From Raillietiella orientalis (lineage: Eukaryota): 64,000 nt of DNA. Made by a program: the position numbers and the translations under genes. The notes under the pieces were generated by a model. That model ran no database searches. It saw only the letters and a list, made by a program, of their open reading frames with translations, and had not been told where the DNA came from. This document shows, piece by piece, positions 12,878 to 25,993 of the stretch (its first letter is position 1; every line of letters starts with the position of its first letter). The DNA lies in assembly GCA_036172245.1 (NCBI GenBank), contig JAYWIR010000009.1, positions 1,860,001 to 1,924,000 on the forward strand, in the 5' to 3' direction.

Positions 12878-14123
12878 GTGAGCAGGGAGACCAGAGGATC
12901 GTCCGACCCTCCCGGGGCCATCGGCGGGCGTCGTTTGAAAGTGTGCAGACGTAGTTGGCGCCGTGCTCCTCGTTAGGGTGATTTCGCTGGGAGCTTCGCG
13001 TTCTTCACGGATCCACGTGGAGCCGAATTGTGGTGCAGAGTGCTGCTGCTGGCGCGCTTTGTGCTTTCTTTCACTCCGTATTCCGTGCTTCCTGACTTTT
13101 GTAATCCGTGTTTTGGCGCATCGGAAAGGGAGAGAGGGGGAGAGAGAGAGAGAGAGGAAAAAAAAAAGTATGTTCTGGACCTTTTTGTATGTGTGTGCGC
13201 GCGTGTTGTGGCGGTGCGAGATATTCGCTTGCAGTGTGCATCGTGAGAAAATCACCTTCACTTCACGCTTCTAAAGGATCGCCTGGGAAAGCGAATGGCT
13301 GCTCCTTCGGATGATTCTTCTTCTTCCTGGCTTAGCGTGTTTCCTTTATGTCTTGTGGATATCATCTGCAAAATGTTTTGCAGTGAATTCATGCGGATTC
13401 TTTCTTTCTTTCTTTTTTTTTTTTTTTTTTTTTTTCGTGTGTGTGTTCCCAAAGCGAAAGGTCATATGGCAACGTGTCCTGTAATGAAAACTAAGGAAGA
13501 CTGCACAGTTGCCAGAGAGGCGAATTTTTTCTCTTTTCATGTTCTTCTGAACATTTTCGGGTTGTGCAACTGGCAGAACTGATAGTGGGTGAGTATGCGA
13601 GTTTCATCGTGCACATTCGCATCTTTATCCAGCTCAGAGAAAGCACATGTGTGATGCTGAATTCCCCCCCCCCCCCAAAGGCACCGGAAACATCGCTGAC
13701 ACCATTTTCATGTAACGTGCGTTTTCCACAATTTTTGCGTGAAAGAAGAAAAAAAAAAAAAAAAAAAAAACCCTTTATGTTCAAGTTGAAAGCAAAATGT
13801 ACATTCCATGAATAAATATCTCAGCAGCGGTTGGAGTTCAGGCGCCCAGCTTCCTTCTATCCCTCTCGTGCGCTTCGTACTTCCTGCTATTCAGAGGCGG
13901 CAGTCACAAGAGTACTCAGTTCTTCGGTCAACACCGTCAATTGGAAATGAGAAGGAGCAATCCGTTGCTCATCAACAGCGCTGCCCGCGGTCCTGAAGGA
14001 CAGTCCCGTATTCGGCTCATGTTCGGTTTCCTTGTAGCAGAAGACCTTTCCCGCTCGTGGTGGTATCTGCATTCGCAGATGGGTTCCAAGTGCTGTTGGG
14101 TTCTCTGTTATCTCTCAAGTGGA

Positions 14124-14550
14124 TCATCGACCACGCTCGTGACCCGGTTCGGACCTCCTCCCGTTGAAACCCAGTTGTTCGCAGCAGTTTTCATCGTTCC
14201 TGGAGGTGGAGGCCCGGAGGCGGTTCGCTGACGTGAACGAGTTGCATCCGTCCGGGATTTCGCTTCTCTTTTCCCGATGAGCCATTTCGGTGCTTTCGTT
14301 CGGAACAGTTTCGTCTTCCCGTATTGTTACGTCTCCGTTTACGCACACACGTGTGGGTGTTCCCCGCCTGGGAGTGTCTCGTACCGTCCATGGAGTCAGC
14401 ATCCATCAGTCAGGACGTATCTTGGTTTGCTGTCTTCATCTTCCGTGCTCCAGCTGATGAAATTCCCAAAGTCAAGATCGGCAGAAATCGGAAGGATGCC
14501 CGATGCGACCAATCACATGGTATTCCTTCGGCCCCACTTTCACAGGAACC
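14124..14550 (-). mobile_element. Degenerate R2/NeSL-like C-terminal restriction-like endonuclease (RLE) relic
   Basis: Minus strand: KIRPD ... GDVTIREDE...AHREK ... RNDENCCEQLGF, resembling RPDL..IDVTIPFE...AR.EK..KY...ND..L..LG. Confidence 0.45.
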
Positions 14551-15749
14551 CCCCCCCCCCTCTTTTTTTTTTTTTCCTTTCTTCCCTGGACTCCGGAGCT
14601 CGATCGTTGCGACGCGTGGTGAAGAAATTGGAAGCTGTTGGTGGAGGAAGAGGGGAAACGGCCGAAGATCTTCAGGAGAATCCGAAAACATGGGAAGTGA
14701 GGATTCCTCGAGAGAGGACGTTCCGGGGCGAAGTCGCGGTGGAAGACTGTCCCCAAAGAGGTTTCAGCAAATACTGTCATGTTTACCCGCTCGCTGGAAG
14801 TGATTTGCGTTTCTGCTGCTGCATAGTAAAGGATAACAGGGAGGGAATTCCTAAAATAAAAAACCCTCACGGGGGAAAAGAATTCGAATTTCGATTCGAG
14901 TTGCGCGCAGTTCCCGTTTTTCGTTGCTCCCATTCATTCTGTTTTGTTTGGTTTTTATTTTTGGTGAAGCGGTTATGGTATGATGGGGACTGCTCTAAGG
15001 TGGGTCAGCACGAGAGCTTTGGTAGCGCACGTGCGAAACGTTTTTTTTCTTCTTCTTCTTCCTTTTCGTTTCTGCGTTTTCGCCGTTTCCTAATTTTCCC
15101 CTCACCACCCTCAATCCTCGGAGCGGCGCTCGAAAGACTTCTTGCCCTCGCCGTAGCCAGGGAAATCGCCGTCTCGACGGTTGCTTTTCCCATCTTGCAG
15201 GTTTTGCTTTATATTTGCAAAAGGAGCGCCTCGACGTCGCCGGGGCGGCAGGAATCTTCCTAGCCAGAGCGTCCAGGCCCTTCTTGCCGAAGCGCTGCTG
15301 CTTCCGTCCGGGATCGTTTCGTTCGATCGCAGTCGTCGCGATCGTGTCTTCCCCCTCAGCCCCGCTCCCGTTTCACGCTGCCCGCGCTCCGGCACGCCCC
15401 TCCCCCATCCGTACTTCCCTCTCACGTGGCGGCAGGAGTGCGTGCGAAAGCGCGGGTCCTCTCCGATGGACGCGGCTCCGATTGCTGCTCCCGTCCAGCC
15501 GGAAGAATTTTCCCGATGCCTCCCGTCGGCCGCCGCGGCGACTCTCTCTGTGGATTGCAGAGGCCGCTGTCATCGTGGTTCCCCTTCGCGGGCCATCGCC
15601 GGCCCCTCCTCCTCTTCGGTTTGGACCTCGTGCCCGGGAACCTTTCGATTCCAGACGGAGGGAACTGATTGACTTGCGAATTTGCGAACGTCGGAAGCGG
15701 CGGGGCGCGTTCCACTCCCCAGTTCCCCACTTTTCCGTATGCCGAGCCC

Positions 15750-16414
15750 CAGCTGCTCCATGATCCGGCTGGTGGCTTCGTCCCGTTCCGGGCAGAAACG
15801 CTCGTTTCTTCTCCCCTCGGCCCGGGCCGCTCCCAGTCGCCAGGAGGAGGAGATGAGCGAGCGCTCACAGCTTCCTTTCCGTCTGTCCACCCGCTCATGC
15901 ACGGAAACGCGCTGCACACGCTTTTGTGCACTTTTCGGTCACGGGTGTAGGGCGGCCGTGTTTGCGGAACCGCAGCCCAGTCACCAACCGTCACGTCGGC
16001 CCGCGCTATCACACGAGTTGGGTGCGGAGGCGGCGATCTGCGTGCCTCTCCCGGAGCAGGCCATTAGAACTGTCCTCTCCCTGTTGAGTGCATCTACTCC
16101 ACCCCTGGGAAACGGCGCTTGCGTTTGGCAAACCGAGAACTTCCCCGCGAAAGTATTCTCCGTGGTGGGGTCCTGCATCCAGCCGCAGTTTCGTTTTCGT
16201 GAGGGTGGCGCCCTTCCTTTCGTCACGTTCCCGGGTCGCGGAGGCAGTCGCGTTTCCCTCAAAGCCGAGGACTCCGGCTGACCGGCTTTTGCGTTTGGGA
16301 CGTCAGCAAGCCCCAAGGATCTTCTCAAATGTAAACACTTCTCCGGTACAGCGGAATCCTTCCAGAAGTGATCCCGCATAGGCTATACTTTTATTTTCGG
16401 TCCTTTCCCTTCTC

Positions 16415-16449
<35 letters not shown>

Positions 16450-17750
16450 GAGATGCTCGTTGTTTAGCAACGGAGCGGCAGCCATTTGCATTTTTTTCCC
16501 CTCCCTGGCGAAATGGAGCGACGCGCGCCGCCTTTGCATTTTCCCAATATTCTTCTGCTTGTCCGACAGTTGCTTGAAGCGCAGCAGCCCCCATCTGGAC
16601 GGGTTCATTCGGTGCCAGGCAGCTCACAGCCGAGCAGATGCTGCCACGTGTCCGATGTGTTGGGAACGGACGAAGACTGCCGCCGATGGTCTCTTTCGTA
16701 ATGAAAACCCGGGAACCCGCTCTGGGGGGGGGGTCGGTTTCTCGTTTTCCACTCCGGCGCATTGGGAGCTTTCCGAGCGTCTTTTCATGCGTGGAGGTCG
16801 CGTCTCCGAAGTCCGGTGGCTGCTGCGGTATCCGCCGCAGGTCGCGCCCGGTCGCTTGGAATTGCCGGGGCGCATTCCCGAGAATGGCCCCGTCACCAGT
16901 TGGTTCTCGCGGTGGCTCCCCTCGTTCTCACGGCGGCAGGCGCCCAAGTGCTTCGGGCGAGTCGGATCGGACGGGATCAGGAACCCCGGGACGGTGCCCG
17001 CTGCACGGTCCCTCCTCCGAACTGGTCGGAGCTCCCTCGGGAGCGTCTTTTTCGGTGAAGAACTGGTGCTGCTATTGCTGCCGGATTTTCCTCTTCTTAT
17101 TGCTTCCTATGGAGCGCTCGTCTTCCTCCTGGAAGGAAGAACGAGCTTGCTCCGCGTTCTGCAGGACGCATTTCGCCCCCAGATCGTAGCGAGGGCGGAG
17201 CAAACGGACTCGGTACAGCCAGTGGAGAGGTCGAGTCCAAGCATGACCTCGTGTGCATCAGACACCCAGGAAGAACTCCGTTTCGGAAGTGGATGCCGAT
17301 CCCCGTTCCCATCTTCCCGGTGCCCCTCCCGGCAGAACAGATTCGAACAGAGTTGCGGTGGATGAGCAGCTTCGTGACGCGTGTTGACGCATTCTGCGGC
17401 GACACAGTCGCGCTACTTGCAGACCGGACTGCCCCCCGCACCCGTGCCCCAAGCTCACGAAGGGAACCGCTCGAGGACGTTCACATGCCCCCTCCCCCGA
17501 CGGTTGGTCGGGCGGATGGCTCCGGCCTTTTCGCAGGACGAGTGCTCCCACCACGTCCTCTGTCACCGCTTCGATCGCAATCAGCGCATCCGTCCGCCGT
17601 GCGCAACGTGCGAAGAGTGGCGTCAGATGCGGCCGACCGAAACAGCTGGTACGCGGAGGTCGCACATTCGGGTCCACGAGAAGGGTCAGCGAAAACGCAC
17701 CGTACCCCTCCTTCCCGCCCCCCACCCTCGACGGGCGAGAGTTCTGCAAC
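15750..17750 (-). mobile_element. Degenerate R2/NeSL-like non-LTR element (RT to RLE)
   Basis: Ordered decayed motifs: HLTPLFARC, LVLRKG, LGLDLSTG, TVQRAPSRGS*SRPI (~V.RGVKQGDPLSPI), AADTA, SLGLADV, ADVTV...RDRKVHK. Confidence 0.4.
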
Positions 17751-18599
17751 CGTCAGGTACGTGCCTGCGCAAAGTGCGCGGACCACGCAAGGGGTAAGCG
17801 TTCGCAGCCAGCGGCGCGTTTAGTGACCACTTGGTGCTCCCGTCGCTTCCAGCCCTCGAGTTCTTGTTCCACGTGGCTTTCCCCACTCCCCTTCGGTCTC
17901 CCACGTTTTGCGTGCCGCAAGTCAGAGGCTGCCGGGGTTCCTCGTAGCGCGGATTTGCCCACGTTGCCGTGGGGCACCGAAACGGCGAACTCTCCCGTCC
18001 TGATTTTCTCCATTCGCTCCTCGCGTCTTCGGGCTGGCGTCCGCCGTTCTCTCTGAATGGCCAGGCATTCTCCGCACTTTTTAGATCACGCGAACATGCT
18101 GCCGCGGGCGGAAAAACGGGGAAATGCCGCTCCCTCGACCTGTCCGTGCCGTCTGCAGGACACTCACCGAGGTTTGCGCAGCCGCCTCCCCGCCCGCGTA
18201 CCTCCCCCCGGGGGGGGGGGGGGTGCACCTAGGTGTACGTGTGCGCATCGACAAGACATTTCCCACCAGGTGCATTTCAGATGCTCGTGGCGCTCCGACG
18301 ACGGGGGTGAGAGTTTCTTTTTTCTCTGCACGTAGCTTGAACGACTGCGGTGACTCGTGCCCGGCACGCCGCAGCGGCTGACGGAGAGGCCGAAGTCCCG
18401 CCGGAGATTTCCGGGAAGGTTTCTTTTTCCGGATTTCATGCGATGCCCGCATCCGGATGTGCCCAGGGACTCGATCCCTCGGCGCTTTCTTGTCCTGATG
18501 CAGGATTACCAAGTACCGGACGGGAATACCAGGCTTGCATCTCGGGCGGGAGCTTCCTGTGAGATTTTCCAGCTTCTCCGTTGTTTCTACGGGGGATCC

Positions 18600-20600
18600 G
18601 GGGTGCGAGGGTGCTTCCAGGCACGGTCTCACCGAATTGGCTCTGTTCTTCCACGCCGAGCTCTTTCCATTCGTCCTCGGCAGCATTTGTGGCTGCTGCA
18701 CTGCCGACCGGCGGGAGAACTTCTATCCTTCCGCGGCGCGCGGTTCTCACGGAGTGGATGGCTGGGATGAACCAGTGTATGACATTCTCACGGGGAGGAT
18801 TCTGGAGAGCCGCTTCATCCCAGCGTCGCATCAGCTCCGAACGCGTCCTTTGATGCGAGAGGAAACGGAGCATGGGCTCGTGAAAGCCCACCGAACTCTC
18901 CTCGAGCGCGTGGGTGTTGGCCCATTCTGATCGCAGCACCAAGAATGGTGTTCCCGCGCGGCACTGCTTCCCCCAGGCCGACGCATCGGCCCGGGGGAAG
19001 ATCGGAAATCTCTGCCGGTCGCACGCAGCTCTCGACTGGGAAGACGGACGAGCCAGCGGCGAGTCTGCGCGCGTGCGGAGATGTGCTCTTTCTTGCCGCG
19101 CTCGCAGAGAACACCTCCTGAAGAAGCCGCTGAGGGTGTCTTTGCAGTCCGCTGCCCTTCTCTTCCACGAAGTTCAGGGAATGCCCTCGTTCAGCATGCG
19201 TGTGCACTTTTTCTTTGTCTTTTACAGCTCTTCCTTTTCATGTAGAAGGACTTGGATTATGTCGGTCTTTACTGCGTGTTCCCTCTCCCCCATTTCGGAG
19301 TGTTCGTGGCGTCGTCCCCCTCGCATCTTCCATTTTTGAACCGTTCCTGAACGAATGCCCTCTGGAATAATTCCTATTTTCGCCGCCTCCCGTGGCCCGA
19401 AAATTAATCCCGAGGCATAATCGTCTCCGCGCGCTTTTGAACTGCGTGTCCCGGATGCCTCTTCCGTTCTTCCCGCTTCCCGATGCACATTCGTTCGCTC
19501 AGTTCGCCACGAATCCCGCTTCCGGGAACGGCACGAAGCCGTTTCCTGCAAAGTATGTCCTGCTCGCGCAGAACCCCGTGTCCCGCTTTCCCGGAGGTGT
19601 TGGACACAGGCGCGAAGGGAGCGCTCGGGACACTTTTTGGGGGCACGGCGGAATCCAGACATCTGCCCGCTGGCGGCAGCACACACGTCGTGCATTCGCA
19701 GCACGCAATCCCTGGTCTGTTTGTTTGGGTGCGTTTCTAAAGGCAGCTGAGTGCACGTCGACTGTCTGCTCGATCCCGGGAAGCTCTGTGTCGTCGTCTG
19801 TGTTGTTTCACTTTGCTGCGAGAAAGTTGAGTGCCGAGGCGCACCGTTTCTTCCCTTTTTTTGCCTGGACCTTCCGAGGGGATTTTCACGCTGCTTCGAG
19901 ACGGGGAGGGGGGAGGTTTGAGCCCGCTCCAGGGCCCTCGCGCTGCCGGTGGCTTCATGGGATTTTGTGGGCCGCTTATTCCATCTGCCGAGCAAGGGTT
20001 TCCCAACTCCATGACTCCATTTTGTTGTATTCCCCCCGCCCCCCGCGCGTCCGCTGTGCGCGTCCGCGGGTACTTGGAGGCTGCGGCGCTTTCACATCGC
20101 ATGCGGCTGGTCGAATTCACCCCGAAGGCCGAAAAGAGCTCACGGAGCCATCCTGGTCTCCCCCTAGGGAAGCAGTGCCCAGGAACCTCACGAAGAGAAC
20201 CTCGGAACCATCGAGAGTGCTCCGAGCGGATGCTCTTAACGCGTTGCCCTCAGAACGTAAGGGTCAAGCCGAGCTTCGGAACGTCCCTCAATTAGGGACG
20301 CGGGAAGAATTTCGGACCCGAAGAATCCACTTCAGGAAGTGCAAAAAGTCCACTAACGGCCTCGCGCACTTCTCTTCCGAAGTTGGTCCATCCGTGCGCA
20401 ATCATTTAGGTGCGCGATACGGAGAGCACGTATCAAACGGAGCCGACAGCAAAGACGGGCGAACGAGCGCGGGCCGAAGAGTTTCCTTCTGCAATGAAGC
20501 CGTAACCGTCGGAGGTTGGACCGGAAACAAAGGCCCCCTTCCAGAATGAAATGTTGGGATGGATCACTGCTTAGATCTGGTAGTGACACTTTAATTTCGG
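18600..20600 (-). mobile_element. Degenerate R2/NeSL-like non-LTR element (RT to RLE)
   Basis: Ordered weak motifs: PDLSSDPSQH, LFGPRSF, AHLNDCA, SKYP, GKAGHGV, RHPQRLL, IEVLPPVGSAA..EWKELG. Confidence 0.3.
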
Positions 20601-22859
20601 ATTCGAAAATACCCGCAGGTAATCAAACGCGCGTCCGGGTTGCCGATGGCTTCGCCGTCTGTCTTCGTGGCCACTGCAATCAGGGCGAAGCCATGATCGC
20701 AGCGGAGCAGTAACGAGCGGTCACAATTAATTGCACCTCGCAGTTCATTTCCATTATGCATGCATGGTGGTGATTCCTACGGAATTTTTTTTTCATGGAA
20801 CAAGGAGGAGGAAGACGAATCCCGATGCGACTCGGTCCATGATTTCCCACATGATGGTCGCGGTTCTGCAGAAGGATCCATTACTTTGCGAGCCAAGCTG
20901 CATCGAACGAAAGGGAAAATTCGGAAAATCCTCCGTCCTGCATTCGTCTCTTCCCGTCTTCTCAAGCAGAAGGAAAAACGCGCGCACACACACGTCAGGG
21001 ATTCGAACGCCACGCCAGCAAGCGGATTCGTGTCTTCCGCGTCGAAAGAACCAGAGAGGAAGGAAAATCCCCCCCCGTTGCAGCAGCGCATGCGCGCCGG
21101 GCGAAATGCGGACTGCCCGCGTCTGCGTGGAGGGGGCGGGAAAGAGAGACGGCCCAACGTCGACACGCTTTTCCGTGTGTCGACGACACGGAAGGAATAT
21201 TTGCCAGAGGGCAGTCGGTTGTCGCGGGTCTCCTCCCTGATTCTTCTTTTTCTGTGAAGTTCGCTCGTCTTCCTCTGCTGCTGCTGCTGCCGCCGCCGCC
21301 GGGCTTGGCGTGTCACGTCCTCGGTCTCTCGAGTTGAGGTTTCGCGCGCTTCTTCAAGGACGGAAACTGTCCAGAAAACCGAAGACGGTGATGATGACTT
21401 TGTCGGGGTGCGCGGGCATGTGCTCCTCCTCCTTGGTCGGGCGCTGCAGGGACGGTGTCACCAGCGTCCAAGAGCTCCGATCCAAGAAAAGCACGGCGCA
21501 CGGACATCACCAAGTGACCAAGTACCAGAAGTGATTACCCTCCCGCTGGGACTCGGTTCGAGTTTGGTTCCGGGTTGCTTTGAGCTGCAGGCTGCCGGCG
21601 AAACTGGGGGCAGCAGCTCTCGGGTCATTTCCGCGATTGGTTCTGGCCCTCTGAGTCCCCCACCCTCAGTTTGTTTTTTCCTTTCCTTTTTCCGCTCGCG
21701 GTGCACGATGCATCCGGTCATCGGTGTGAACTTGTGCTTGCACCCCACGGGGAGGGGGGGACCCCTCTTTCCCCACGCAGGGCGCGTTTTGCGGAGACCG
21801 TTCGCGCTGGCGAGCCTCGGATTTTCCGTTCCTCGGATTTTGCGCCGACGGCGGGAAGCCCTTCAGATACTTCGGCCGTCGGATATGGTGGCGGATGAAC
21901 ACATTCCTCCAGGAAGAGAATGCGAACGGCACGGCGACGGCGGCTTTTTCCTTTGAAAATATTTTGGGTTGCGCAGGGATGGAGAGGCGCGTTACGTTCT
22001 CATCTCAGATTTTTTTTCTCTCCTTCTTTTTCCATGCTTCTTCTTCTTCTTCTTGCTACGCATTTCTCATCTCGTTCTCACCTGTTGTTTCATGTATTCA
22101 GCAGAATAAAGAGGAAAAAAAAAAAAAAGTGTCTTCGTCCGGTGTGTGCCCACACCTATCTGTGTAGCGGCTTTTGCAGGAATCCGGTGGGACCGACGTG
22201 CCCGTAACGATCTTCTGGCCCTTTTATCTGTTCCCAGGCAGGAGTTGAGACACGGAAGCCTTTTTAATGACTTTTCATCTCTGGATTTTGCAAATGGCGA
22301 AGCTCCGGACAAAAGGAACGTCTCCATCACTGCCCAGCGTCGCCCTGAGCGACCGGGCTGCCAATGGACGCGGGTGCGGACGCGCAGTCGTGCCACACGC
22401 TCGGAAAATCCATCTGGATCGTGGACCGGACACCCGTCGTCATCGTTATGATGCTGTGGCTCCGAGCCAGAGAACGGATTCTAAAAACAAAAAAACAAAG
22501 GGCAGATTTGATTTCTGTAAACATTATCGGAGGAAAGATAAGGTCGTCCCGGAATCGGAATCAGCTGCTCCGGCAGGCCATCATCAAGTGATTCTCACGT
22601 GTGCCGCGAGCGTGCACAGGAGCCTCGGACGCCGTCCTCTCTCTCTCCCCTCCCCCGCCCCCTTTCCCACACAAACGCTTTCGGAGAACCTGATGAAATC
22701 GTGGCTCAATTTCTGGCGGTGTTTTTCTTCCTGCGTGGTGTTGCGAATCATCAGCAGAATCCCCCCCTCTCTGGAACTGAACTGACGGTGTAACCTCACT
22801 GATTCGATTGCCGATCGATGATTTTCGCGTGCTCGTTCGTTTTGTATTCGTCTATTTAT

Positions 22860-22890
<31 letters not shown>

Positions 22891-23290
22891 CCCGAGAAGA
22901 ATGACTGAAACTTTTGAGCGAACTTAATGATTCTGCGCTTTTCTTATCCGACAGCGAGGAGCGCTCCGAATGTCTATGGATGTGTAAACAAAAACACCGA
23001 GCGATGTTCTATTTATAATATTTCAGCACTGCCTTTGCTCCAGACGTGCAGGCAATAGGTGCCGTGTTATTTATAGGCGTGCCCCTTACCAGCAAGCCGG
23101 GATCATATCGGAAGTGTGCACTCGGTGTGTTTCGAAACCCGCAGTGTCCGACACCCTCGCATGGAGCCAAGGGGCCCCCTCATCGTAGTGGCACAACGGG
23201 AGGTTGTATCTAGGCGATCAGCCGAATTTCCCATCACCGTTCCCGACAGATCACAGACTCGTGCTCTCGTTTACGCGTGGATCCGACGTG

Positions 23291-23430
23291 TATACCATTA
23301 GCGTACCGCACGCGATGGTATAGCCGTACCGCACGCCCGGCTTCCTCATCCCCGTGACGCGTTGTCAGGCACGCGTTGTCCCGTTGCTGCCGTGACGGGT
23401 TGTCAGGCGCGCGTTGCTACCGGAACGCGC
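23291..23430. repeat. Cluster of short direct repeats and a hairpin
   Basis: CGTACCGCACGC occurs twice, and CCGTGACG(C/G)GTTGTCAGGC(A/G)CGCGTTG occurs twice about 38 nt apart. An inverted repeat TATACCAT...ATGGTATA lies at about 23291-23322. Confidence 0.6.
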
Positions 23431-23549
23431 TCTGCCAGGATGCACTCCCGGAGCGTTGGACGTCGCGCCCGGAAACCGCGCCAGTGCGCTGCTGCTGTCG
23501 GCGGAGATGCGGCACCGAGGTGGCGTCCGATTTCTTCGCCTCTTCCGCG

Positions 23550-24000
23550 GTGGTGGCATCCGTGGCTGAAGGTGGGTGCTCGAAGATTCCGCTTGCTTGA
23601 AGGCCGATCCCGCGGGGAGCGGGAGCGGAGGACGCTCGGCCGGGTCGCCCGCGCAGCGCCTGCGGATGTCCCGCGTTCGCGTGGCGCCTTCGAGGTTTCC
23701 GGGCGGGCGGGGTTGGCGTCTTCGTGTGGACGCTTCCCGTAGAGCCCGAGGCCAGCTCGCACTGCCCGTTCGTCGAGGAGGAGGAGGTGTGGCGGGATTT
23801 CGGCCCGTCACGCGTTTTTCGGCAGAGGATCCTTCGCTTTGTCCGCAGCGCCAGCATCCCCGTGCCCAGGAGGCCCGGCGCGGTACCCTTGGAAACGCGC
23901 ACCAGCATTCCCTGCGGCCAGGTCTTTTCTTGGCGTCGGAGCGCGGAAGGGTCGTTGGCAGCTCGGAGGGAAGGAGGCGGGTCGCGAGGTCGGGCTGCGC
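23550..24000 (-). mobile_element. Possible degenerate LINE RT fragment
   Basis: Minus strand KTWPQGMLVRVSKG...LALRTKRRILCRK (~SWK.G.I.LI.KG...ISL...YKIL.K) and a weak AF motif. Confidence 0.25.
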
Positions 24001-25946
24001 GGCTCCTCTCCTGCACGCTGCTCCTCCCTTCGAGAGGACTGGGCCGGGGTGTTTCCGGTGTTCGGCGGATGTTTGCGGGCCCGGTGCTTCGCCAGGGACC
24101 GCTTCTCAGGCTCGGCACGCGCGCGCGCCTGGGGGAGAAGAGGAGGAGGAGCTTGACCTCGGCGACTTCTTTGTCTCCGCAGTCTCCTCCCGAGGGCACC
24201 GGCCGGGTCGGCGGAGGGCAGGGAGCGACGAGAGCGCCCTCCTCCTGCTGTCTACGAGCCTCCGGACGCTCCTCTCCTCTTAGGATGGACCCGGATTCAG
24301 GGTGTCTCCCCCCACCTTGCGCATCGTCCCCTTCGCCGGAGAGCTCCTTTTGTCGGAGATGCGACCTGGCGGCAGTGCCATCTGGAGCGCCGCCTCTGCG
24401 AGTAGGTCCAAGAGGCTCTCCCGGCCCGGAAAGGAAAGAGGGCATCCAAGAAGGAAAAAAGCACCCTCCGGGAGCGATAGCTCCGACTACGCACTTTCTG
24501 TCCGTGCGTCCCGTGGCCGACGCCCGGAGTGAGATGTCCCCTTCGTTCCCTTCTTTTCGTCCCATTTTCGCCGGGTGCAGATCGGCTACCCTGCAGCGCA
24601 CCGCCTGCTCCCCTCCTCCTCTCTTCCCGGTTCATCGAGCTTTCGTTCCCCTTGACGTGCGGGATTCGCTCCCTCCGGAAGACGGGAACGAGGGAGGATC
24701 CGTGGCGTTGACCGGCAGCGCCCGCTGCAGCGGGAGCTGCTGGCGGGGTCGCGCGACCGGGTTTCCGGGAATACTCGCAGACCGTCGTTCCCGCGCGGGA
24801 CGCCTCCTTCTCCCGGGGAAGGCGACAAAAGAGGCCTTCCCGCGCCTCCGCGAACCGCCCACGCGGTGGGTGCCAGCAACTCCCTTGCCGCGTTCACGGA
24901 GCTCTCACAGGGTCAGGGGAGCGAACCCGTGCCCGGAGGGCGGCATCACATGCCGGCAGGCCGAGTGGCTTCCTTCACCCGCCTGATGGCTCTGGAAGGT
25001 TTTTTCGTCCGAGGTGTCGTCTCCGGGCGGAACTGTCCTTGCCGCGGGGGCACCGGTGGGAGGGGGTGGCGTAGCCGAGGCTTCCCCCCTGCGCGCGCTC
25101 CAAGGCAGCCTTTCCGCCGCCGTTGCTTTGGTGACGGCGGAGGCAGAGGCGGAGCCATCCTGGAAGCACCGAACGGCACTCTGCCCTAGTCCGTCGACCC
25201 GGACGCCGCCGCGAGTCGGGAAAGCTCGCAGCCTCCGGCCTTCATGAAGCTGGCGCATTCTCATTGCGCGCGCCACACTCGGTCGAAGGTCGGGACTGCT
25301 GCCCCGGCCCCACGCACGCACGCCCGTCGTCATCGTCGTCGTCATCGGCGGCGGCGGCGGCGGCACGCTCTCTCCAGACTCCCGGACCGGTGCGTCCCTG
25401 TGACGCGTCCCGCCCCGCCCCGCTTGCTCCAGGGGTTACTCGGGTTCATTCGCGGCCGTTTTGCGGGACTCCTCCATTCGGCGGCGGATGGCAGGAAAAT
25501 CGGGAAGGCGGCGGGCTGCTGTTGCGCGCCTGGCCGAAAGAGGGGAGCAGCAGCGGGCGAGCGTGCTGCGCCGGTGCGGGAGAGGCTGGGGCGGGTCGAC
25601 GGGCGGTGCCGTCGACCCAGAGGGCGGGTGGAGGGGCCGGCCAGGGGGCGTGACGGAGGTGTGGACGGGAGAGTCCAATCCGGGGCAGGGGAGGCGCGTC
25701 GCGGCCGCGCGAAACGTGGAGGAGGCAGCGAGGGAGAGGCGTCGCCACGTCGTTCCCGTTCGGCGCCACCAGGGCGGCGCGCGGCGTGCAGGCTGCCTGT
25801 TGCCTTCCGGGTCGCGGCCCGCGGTGACCGCCACCGACCCGGCGCGCGCCCAGGCGGTGGTGTTGACAGTCCGAAGGACTCCCATGGGGAAGGGAGGGGA
25901 TGCGGGTAGTCCAGGGGGGAAGAGGGGAGGTCCTGCGTGACGCTCT

Positions 25947-25973
25947 CTGACCGCTTCTCTTCCTGGCTTGCAG
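25947..25973 (+). promoter_or_regulatory. 3' splice (or trans-splice) acceptor upstream of the tincar start codon
   Basis: CTGAC branch-like motif, pyrimidine tract and CAG ending 25973, 20 nt before ATG 25994. An in-frame TGA (25991-25993) directly precedes the ATG, so upstream sequence is non-coding. Confidence 0.6.
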
Positions 25974-25993
25974 GCCGCGCGCGATCGTCCTGA

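Noticed and set aside
6558..25940. Many 200-420-aa Arg/Pro/Gly/Ala-rich ORFs
   Set aside because: They overlap in several frames, are low-complexity and lack recognisable domains; explained by high GC and decayed retroelements.
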